From NCBI GenBank assembly GCA_045863235.1, contig BTUM01000024.1, positions 24,820-88,819 of the forward strand: a stretch of 64,000 nucleotides of DNA, given 5' to 3'. Made by a program: the position numbers and the translations under genes. The stretch is from Candidatus Xenobia bacterium. Lineage in GTDB: Bacteria; Vulcanimicrobiota; Xenobia; Xenobiales; QWHO01. Below the pieces are notes generated by a model. That model had not been told where the DNA came from. It saw only the letters and a list, made by a program, of their open reading frames with translations, and made no database searches. Below, piece by piece: positions 57,597 through 64,000 of this stretch (positions are counted from its first letter, which is position 1; each line of letters opens with the position of its first letter).

Positions 57597-58943
57597 TCAT
57601 TTATCCGACAAGGCGTAAAAGTACCCGTCCCGCGCCCCCACGTAGACCCAGCCCTTCCAGACCACCGGCGTGGACTCGATCGCTCCGCCTAGCTGAACGC
57701 GCCACAGCTCCTTGCCGTCCGAAGCGCGGTGGCAGTGCAGGTTCCCGCTGGCGTCGGCCAACAGCACCTTGCCGTCCACCACCACCGGGGAGCTCCAGAC
57801 GTGGGCGCGGTATCTTGAGCTCCAGATCGTCGTGCCCGTGCGGCTGTCCAGGCACAACAGCCAGCCCTCCTTGCCGGGTCGGGTGCAGATGCCCACGTAG
57901 AGCCGGGTCTCCGTGGGGTCCAGAGCCGGCGTGCCCAGGATGCCGGCGTCCAGGTTGTCCTCGTAGCCCGGGCCGCCCTTCTGCGGGTAGGCCTCGAAGG
58001 TGCGCTTCCACAGGATGGCCTTTTTCCAGTTCTTGAGCCCCACGTTCGGGTCCAATTTGTAGAGCCGGGAGCGGTTGCCGCCCCCGTAGTCGCACTCGGA
58101 GGCCACGAACAGGTAGCCGCTGCGGTTCACCACCACCGAAGCGTCCGTGTCGTCGCCCGTGGAGAACTGGAACTCGGGCCGCAGGGTCTGGCGGTTGAGG
58201 CCCAGCAACATTCCGGCCCCGGTCGCCAGGTAGACCCGCTTGTCGGTCACAGCGGGGGATGACTCGATCGCGCAGTAGCCGTTGGAGCGCTGCAGGCTTT
58301 CGGAGGCCAGAGACGTAACGGTGGGAGTGTAGACAGTCCGCCACTCCGAGCGCTTGCCCAGAACGGGATTCTGCCCGAAGCGCAGGGGGATCTTGTAGAA
58401 CCAACCGTTCTCGCCGCCCACGAAGAGCTCGTTGCCCAGCACCAGCCCCGACGAGTCGAAGTCCGGCCAGTAGCCCACCGGACTGCCGCTGCGCGGATCG
58501 CAGTCACCCTGGATGCGTCCCAGCACGTCCCCGTCGAAAGACAAAGCCCAGTAGTTGCCGCCCCGATTTCCGAGGAACAGGAGATCCTGCGCCACGGTCA
58601 CCGAGCTCTTGATGCTGCCGCCCGCCGGCAACTTGAACGCGGGTCGCGTGACCTTGCCGGTGAAGCCGTTGAAGAAGCGGACCCGCCCGTCCAGGCCGCC
58701 AACGATCACTTCGGGAGCGCTCCGGCCGGGCCACTGCACGACTGCAGCCTGGCCAGTCCAGCCCGTGCCGGCCCAGACGCCGCTCCCGCCCACCGGAGCT
58801 TTCCATCGTACGCGCGGCTTCTGGGGAACCGGTCCGGAGCCGTAATACGTCCGCGTCGCGTTGCCGCGGAAGCAAAGCACGCCCAGCGGTGGCTCGGCCA
58901 GAACCGCCACCCACAGAGTCACGACAAGCAGCAAGACTCTCAA
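57597..58943 (-). CDS. Secreted PQQ-like (BamB-type) beta-propeller protein
   Basis: Signal peptide, FRGNATR, repeated SSP.V and DGKELW units, GARDGYFYAL. Confidence 0.85.
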   Translation of the reverse strand: MRVLLLVVTLWVAVLAEPPLGVLCFRGNATRTYYGSGPVPQKPRVRWKAPVGGSGVWAGTGWTGQAAVVQWPGRSAPEVIVGGLDGRVRFFNGFTGKVTRPAFKLPAGGSIKSSVTVAQDLLFLGNRGGNYWALSFDGDVLGRIQGDCDPRSGSPVGYWPDFDSSGLVLGNELFVGGENGWFYKIPLRFGQNPVLGKRSEWRTVYTPTVTSLASESLQRSNGYCAIESSPAVTDKRVYLATGAGMLLGLNRQTLRPEFQFSTGDDTDASVVVNRSGYLFVASECDYGGGNRSRLYKLDPNVGLKNWKKAILWKRTFEAYPQKGGPGYEDNLDAGILGTPALDPTETRLYVGICTRPGKEGWLLCLDSRTGTTIWSSRYRAHVWSSPVVVDGKVLLADASGNLHCHRASDGKELWRVQLGGAIESTPVVWKGWVYVGARDGYFYALSDK

Positions 58944-59083
58944 AACGCGCGGACCTTCGAGGGCAATACACTGTTTACATCTGTTGCCAGTTTGGCGTGG
59001 GGCCAGGTCTTGACATCACCGTCGGAGCCCCGGTAGCGGACCTGACCGCTGGCCCCTTCAGATGCTGAAGGTTCTGCGGGCTG

Positions 59084-60184
59084 TCACGGCTCCGCCCTGA
59101 TTCCCTCGGGCATCCAGTCGTAGCTGGGCCCCAGCTCACCGTCCTCATAGCGAATCCCGCCCGGACTGTAAGGAAACCCCAGGCGGTGGGTTCGGTAGAC
59201 GGTGCTCAGGGCCTGGATACCCAGCTGCTCCAGCCTGACCACCTCGGAGGCCTGGAAGACTCCGTCCTGGTCGCGATCGCACCAGACGGCCACATGCTCG
59301 AGCTCGGGGCCCTTCAGCCAGCGGTCGCCGTCTTGATCAAGGGCTCCCATGGCTTCGTAGCCGTTCTCCCAGAATACCCACCAGGTCACGCCTCCGAAGA
59401 GCTGCAGGGCGGAGTTCACCCGGTCCAACCGATCGAGGTAGATGAGCCAGCCTGCCCGTGGTGTGGGCCACCCCCAGGCCAGCTCTCGCCCGGAGCCGTC
59501 CAGGTCGAAGCGCACCCCGGCGCGCTCGTCGACGAGCTGGCTGAACTCGTGCTGGCGCTCGAGGGGAATGAGCACGGGTGTGACCGCCCGGGGCTGTGCC
59601 TCCAATCGGGCCAGCTCTTTCTGAATGCTGGCAATCTCGGCCGCGTCTTTCTTGGGGTTGAGCAGGGCAAGCAGGCGTCGCCCGGCCTCTTCGGCCATCC
59701 CCACGCCGAAATTCACCTTGGGAGCGTCCTTGAGTGCGGTCTGGTATACCTTGCGGTACTGCTCCACGGCCCTGGCGCGCTGGCCCGACTCTTCCAGACA
59801 CCAGGCCAACCCCATTCGGCTGGCCTGACTGGACGGGTCGAGTTCGATGGCCCGGCGATATTGCTCGAGAGCCAGCTCCAGATGTTTGCGCGCACCCGCC
59901 GAGGTGCCGTGCTCGGGTGGAAAGCCCTGATCGAACGGGCCGAAGTAGGGCCGGTTCGGATCGTTCTTGGCCACCTTGAACGAGGCCGTCTTCTGGGCAT
60001 AAGCGATGGCGTGCACGCGGGCCAGCAGGTAGCGGGTGTGGGCGTCCTTGGGCTGGGCCGCGGCCAGTTTCTCCAGGCGAGCGAGCAGCTTGTCGGTCGG
60101 CACGTCGATCAATTCGGGGATGTACGGCCTGGCCAGGGCGCAGCCGCAGAGCAGCCAGAGCAGCAAAAGAGCGCGTATGATCAT
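59084..60184 (-). CDS. Secreted TPR protein with FrpC self-processing-module-like domain, paralog 2
   Basis: Same architecture as 51657-52751, sharing DVPTD, PYFG.FDQG, PKKDAAEIA, TPVLIPLER, SYDWMP. Confidence 0.8.
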   Translation of the reverse strand: MIIRALLLLWLLCGCALARPYIPELIDVPTDKLLARLEKLAAAQPKDAHTRYLLARVHAIAYAQKTASFKVAKNDPNRPYFGPFDQGFPPEHGTSAGARKHLELALEQYRRAIELDPSSQASRMGLAWCLEESGQRARAVEQYRKVYQTALKDAPKVNFGVGMAEEAGRRLLALLNPKKDAAEIASIQKELARLEAQPRAVTPVLIPLERQHEFSQLVDERAGVRFDLDGSGRELAWGWPTPRAGWLIYLDRLDRVNSALQLFGGVTWWVFWENGYEAMGALDQDGDRWLKGPELEHVAVWCDRDQDGVFQASEVVRLEQLGIQALSTVYRTHRLGFPYSPGGIRYEDGELGPSYDWMPEGIRAEP

Positions 60185-60288
60185 GGCGCGACTTTCGTTC
60201 GGGCGGAGTCTTCCCCCTGTAGATCAGGAGGTGAGGCATGATCCTCATCATTGGCCTGCGGCCCCCTGGCCGCTAAGCTGAAGTCGCC

Positions 60289-61242
60289 ATGCTGGACCAG
60301 TTGCCGATCCTGCGAAAGTCGCGTCAGTTCCAGAAAGCCCTCGACGAGGTGCACCGGCTGGAGGCGATGGGTGCTGACTCGGTGCAGCTCAAGGTGGACG
60401 AGGCTGACCTGCTGGCGCGTCTGCGTCGTCCGCGACCGGCCCTCAAGGTCCTCCAGGCAGCCCAGCAGCGTTACCACAAGTTGCCCACCTACGGGCAGGC
60501 GTTGCTGGCCGGGCTGCTCGAGCATCTCGGAGAGCCCGGCCAGGCCAACCAGATTTTTGACGCCCTGGCCCGCGAGCCAGAGGAGCTTGACGCTCCGGTA
60601 GCCCGCCGGGTGGTGCGTAACCTGTTGGCCCGGGGACGCGCCGACCAGGCGCTGGAGCTCGCCCACCGCACGGCCCGCTCGACTCCGCCCGAGCTGGTCT
60701 GGCTGGCCCGTTGTGCCCTCAAGGCCGGTCAGAGCGAGGAGGCACGCGAGCACCTGGAGAGCGCTGTGCGCCTTTCTCCCGATTATATGCCCGCTCTGGA
60801 GGAGTGGGCTCGACTGCGCCTGGACTCCCCGAACTTGATGCAGGAGGTGCTCGAGGTGGGGGCCTGGTTGCCCGTCACCGAGCAAACTCACCTGCTGGAG
60901 CGGGTGGCTCAGGCCTTGCGCCACCTGGACCGTCCCGAGCTGGCCCTGCCGCTACTCGAGGAGTGCGCTCGCCGCGAGCCAGGCAACGCCTATCTTCTGG
61001 CTAATCTGGGCTACGTGCACCGACAGTTGGGCCAGCTGGAGCTGGCGCTGGTCTGTCTGGAGCTGGCCATGGAGGTCGACCCTGCCGATCCGGCCACCTT
61101 CATGGCCTTCCTGGCCACCTGCCGCGAGGCCGGGCAGAAGTCGCGCGCGGCCGCTTACATCCAGGCCCGCATCGCCCTTCATCCCGAGGAACGGCGTCGT
61201 TGGGGGCGCTTTCGCAAGTTCTTCGGCCGGGTCAGGGCTTGA
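60289..61242 (+). CDS. TPR repeat protein
   Basis: Helical repeats with TPR consensus. Confidence 0.75.
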   Translation: MLDQLPILRKSRQFQKALDEVHRLEAMGADSVQLKVDEADLLARLRRPRPALKVLQAAQQRYHKLPTYGQALLAGLLEHLGEPGQANQIFDALAREPEELDAPVARRVVRNLLARGRADQALELAHRTARSTPPELVWLARCALKAGQSEEAREHLESAVRLSPDYMPALEEWARLRLDSPNLMQEVLEVGAWLPVTEQTHLLERVAQALRHLDRPELALPLLEECARREPGNAYLLANLGYVHRQLGQLELALVCLELAMEVDPADPATFMAFLATCREAGQKSRAAAYIQARIALHPEERRRWGRFRKFFGRVRA

Positions 61243-61906
61243 GCTTGCCGATCACCACGTACTGAACGGGCAGGAACTCCAGGGTTTCCGTGGCCAGGCC
61301 GGCCGCTTCCAACTCGCTGCTGACAGTGGCAGCCGGCAGGCGCATCCAGGCGGGAGGCCCGTGCTCGAGCACGGCCTCGGGGCGGTAGTCCACCACGACC
61401 ACCCGTCCTCCGGGACGCAGCGCCTGCTTCATCAGCTGGATGTAGGCGGGACGGTCGTCGAAGTGGTGGATGGTGTTGCACACGAAGACCATGTCCACCG
61501 AGCCGGGAGCGAGCTTGGGATCGGTCTCCGAAGCCAGCACGGTCACCAGATTCGCCTGCCCCTCCTGCTCGGCGCGGTGGCGAATGTATTCGAGCAGACC
61601 CGGCTCGATGTCGACCGCCAGCACCTTGCCGGTGGGCCCCACCGCCGTTGCAAAGCGTCGCGCGAAGTAGCCCGAGCCGGCGCCGATGTCGGCCACCACC
61701 TGACCGGGCTTGATCCCGAGCCGCCGGATGACCTCGTCGGGCTGTTGCTGGGCGTCCCGTTCGGGGTTCTCCCAGGCCTTTACCCATTTTTCGGTATCCT
61801 CGAAACGGTGCGAGTGTTGGCGCGAGTGAGTCGGGCTGGCCTCGGGCGCTGGCTGGGCCATCAGGCAGGCTGTGAGCAAGAGGAGAAGGGTGATGGGGAG
61901 CTTCAT
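61232..61906 (-). CDS. Class I SAM methyltransferase with signal peptide
   Basis: VADIGAGSGYF, AVDIEP, LRPGGRVVVVDY. Confidence 0.88.
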   Translation of the reverse strand: MKLPITLLLLLTACLMAQPAPEASPTHSRQHSHRFEDTEKWVKAWENPERDAQQQPDEVIRRLGIKPGQVVADIGAGSGYFARRFATAVGPTGKVLAVDIEPGLLEYIRHRAEQEGQANLVTVLASETDPKLAPGSVDMVFVCNTIHHFDDRPAYIQLMKQALRPGGRVVVVDYRPEAVLEHGPPAWMRLPAATVSSELEAAGLATETLEFLPVQYVVIGKLKP

Positions 61907-62067
61907 GCGCGCAACTTCTTGCACGCGGCCTCCCGCCCTTCTCCAAGATGAGGTAGAGCTTCCTGACGACTTGCGTCCTAGACTTGAACTTAAATCAAGT
62001 TTGCGCTTGACTCCCAGGTTTGGTCATATGTATGCTGATTACACATACGTCGACAGGAGTGGTAACC

Positions 62068-62340
62068 ATGTCCGTTCGCATCCAGGTTGTGATGGAGGAG
62101 GCTGAAAGGGAGCTCTTTCGTTCGTGTGCCCGAAAGGAAGGGATGTCGCTTAGCTCCTGGATGCGAAAAGTAGCCACGGAGAGAGCCAAAGCCGCGCGCT
62201 CGCCCCGACTCGATACAGCGGAGGATCTCCAGCGATTCTGGGATGATTGTGACCGACGAGAGAATGGTCGAGAGCCGGATTGGGAGCAGCATCTCGAGGT
62301 GATGCAGGAATCGCGTTCGTCAGGATTGCCCCGGCCGTGA
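62068..62340 (+). CDS. Antitoxin (RHH/CopG-like, VapB type)
   Basis: AGGAG RBS; RIQVVM..ARKEGMSLSSWMR; GTGA overlap with vapC remnant. Confidence 0.8.
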   Translation: MSVRIQVVMEEAERELFRSCARKEGMSLSSWMRKVATERAKAARSPRLDTAEDLQRFWDDCDRRENGREPDWEQHLEVMQESRSSGLPRP

Positions 62341-62513
62341 TCTTCGTCGACAGCAACGTGTTGATGTACGCGGTGGGTCGCCCTCACCCCCTACAACAGG
62401 AGGCCCGGAATTTTTTCGCTTCCTCCCAGAGATTCTGGTAACCTCCGCCGAGGTGCTGCAGGAACTGCTGCACGCCTAGGGCTCTTCTGGCGGCAGCTGC
62501 TCGGATTCTCTGA
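62337..62513 (+). pseudogene. vapC: VapC (PIN) toxin pseudogene
   Basis: MIFVDSNVLMYAVGRPHPL stops at 62441; LVTSAEVLQELLHA in a second frame; RALLAAA tail in a third. Confidence 0.8.
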
Positions 62514-62587
62514 GCGGCCGAGCGCGGACCGGCAGTCTGCGAGTTTCTTGTTACAGGACGGAATCCATGTGCGGTCTGGGCTGTGGT

Positions 62588-62959
62588 TTACTCGGGTTTG
62601 CGCTCCACCCAGATGGTACGGGCGGTGATGGACAGGTCGAAAGCCCGCCCTCCATTGATGCGCACGACGTCCCCAGGTTTGAGCTCTTCCAGGATGTCGT
62701 GGGCCGGCACCGGCTCCTCGCGCATCCAGCCTTCGTGGTCGTACACTTTGCGCACCAGCTTGGTGTTCATCGTCAGGTAGCACCAGTTCTGGCGTCGGGT
62801 CTGGTCGGGGGCGGAGAGCAGGCTGATCCCGATCCGATGGCGCTCGGAGTCGAGCACCACCACGCGGTAGTCTCCTGTGACCCAGAGAAGCTGCGCTCGG
62901 GCCGGCAGGCTGAAGGCGAGCAGGGCCAGCAGTGAGAGCAGCACGGTTCGGGTGAGCAT
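62588..62959 (-). CDS. Secreted hypothetical protein
   Basis: AAGGAGG RBS; signal peptide ending ARA; LKPGDVVRI..ARTIWV. Confidence 0.7.
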   Translation of the reverse strand: MLTRTVLLSLLALLAFSLPARAQLLWVTGDYRVVVLDSERHRIGISLLSAPDQTRRQNWCYLTMNTKLVRKVYDHEGWMREEPVPAHDILEELKPGDVVRINGGRAFDLSITARTIWVERKPE

Positions 62960-62972
62960 CGGTGGTCCTCCT

Positions 62973-64000
62973 TTAGCCAGCGGATTCCTTGAGAAGGTCG
63001 ACCACATAACGGCCCAGCAGCTTGAGCTGCGCCGGCGGGGTCTTGACGAACTTCAGGCTCTGGGCCCACAGCTTCTTCTCCTCGTCAAAGCGCGAGTTGA
63101 GCACTTCAGCATTGAGCTTGAGGGGATCATAGTCGCCGTAGGGCCCGATTTGGAGCTTCATGCTGGTCTGGGGAGGAAGAGGCTGCTCGGTCATCAGTTG
63201 CCCGCCGCCCAGACCCAGGTCCTGGATGCTGCCGTCCACGCTCCGGCCATCGGACAGTTCGGCGCTGGCAACCAGACCAGCCAGGGCCCGGATGTGCTTG
63301 CGGCCTTCAAAGACTCGCTGTTCGGCACCCAGAGTGTGGAGCAGAGAGCTGACCCAGGACTGGCCCAGCAGCTCGGGGTCTTCCTGGAACTGCACGCCGG
63401 CTTCGTGAACGTCGAGCTCCACATTCGGTTTGCACCAGACGATCTTGGACTTGACTTCCTGGGCCTCCAATTCCATCGAGGTGAGGGCCACCATGGTGCC
63501 ACCCTCGATGCTCTCGGTCAGAACCAGGCGCAGTCCACCCAGGCCAATGTCGGAAACCATGGCGTCCACCAGACGGTCCTCGATGCGCACCTGAACCCGA
63601 TGGCTGCACTTGAGACGGACCACGCGCCGCTTCTCGTTGGGACCACCAGGTTTGACCGCCCCGGCCACCTGTCCGGCCGATTGGATGGCCTTGAAGGCCT
63701 CCGTCATGCGACGCTGGAAGTCGTCGGACGGCTTCTCGACCGGAGCCGGCGGTGGGGGCGGTGTGAGCTCGGCCTCGACCACGGGGGGAGCGCCCAGGAG
63801 CTCGGCAGAATCGGGTGCTGCGCCCAATAGCTGCGTTTCGGCGTCGTCCACGGCGGCGCCCAGCAGCTCGACTTCCTCTTCCTCGACGCTCTCTTCTTCC
63901 TCGAGGACCTCTTCCTCGACGAGCTCTTCCTCGAGGACTTCCTCTTCGAGGACCTCTTCCTCGACGAGCTCTTCCTCGAGGACTTCCTCTTCGAGGACCT
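62973..64000 (-). CDS. Dual PilZ domain protein with Glu-rich repeat linker (5' partial)
   Basis: RRVVR..DIGLGG and RKHIR..DLGLGG; C-terminus matches 8719-9903; frame open to window edge. Confidence 0.85.
   Translation of the reverse strand, partial: VLEEEVLEEELVEEEVLEEEVLEEELVEEEVLEEEESVEEEEVELLGAAVDDAETQLLGAAPDSAELLGAPPVVEAELTPPPPPAPVEKPSDDFQRRMTEAFKAIQSAGQVAGAVKPGGPNEKRRVVRLKCSHRVQVRIEDRLVDAMVSDIGLGGLRLVLTESIEGGTMVALTSMELEAQEVKSKIVWCKPNVELDVHEAGVQFQEDPELLGQSWVSSLLHTLGAEQRVFEGRKHIRALAGLVASAELSDGRSVDGSIQDLGLGGGQLMTEQPLPPQTSMKLQIGPYGDYDPLKLNAEVLNSRFDEEKKLWAQSLKFVKTPPAQLKLLGRYVVDLLKESAG
63901..64000. repeat. Coding tandem repeat, 15-bp units within a 45-bp period
   Basis: TCGAGGACCTCTTCCTCGACGAGCTCTTCCTCGAGGACTTCCTCT x2.2, encoding VLEEE/LVEEE. 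Confidence 0.9.

Overview
GC-rich bacterial chromosomal window with about 60 real protein-coding genes; most long ORFs in the six-frame track are shadow ORFs. I see no rRNA, tRNA, CRISPR array, integrase or transposase. Lineage is uncertain (gene style loosely suggests Eremiobacterota/Vulcanimicrobiota). Main content: MacAB-type ABC exporter; PAS hybrid kinase; a coiled-coil GGDEF-EAL protein divergent from a dual-PilZ membrane protein; two SF2 helicases (MrfA/DUF1998-type and Lhr); a Ser/Thr kinase-ATPase-TPR gene upstream of two pilin-like genes; a mazEF-type pair; and three pseudogenes. Most notable: (1) a 12-kb oxidative/photo-stress lipid cluster (desaturase, DUF1365-Cfa fusion, FAD oxidoreductase, ECF sigma/anti-sigma, Dps, DUF1295) whose promoter carries CarH-type 11-bp ACA repeats, next to a CarH-like MerR regulator whose cobalamin domain is replaced by an unrelated domain; (2) an hsp20-lon-usp-usp-CBS cluster with three CRP/FNR-type boxes at class II spacing; (3) a Tat-exported peptide with 15 Cys, all in C-x-G; (4) a 61-aa protein that is 41% Met; (5) two TPR proteins ending in an FrpC self-processing-module-like domain with Thr-Pro in place of the scissile Asp-Pro. 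All family calls come from motif recognition by eye; no searches were run.
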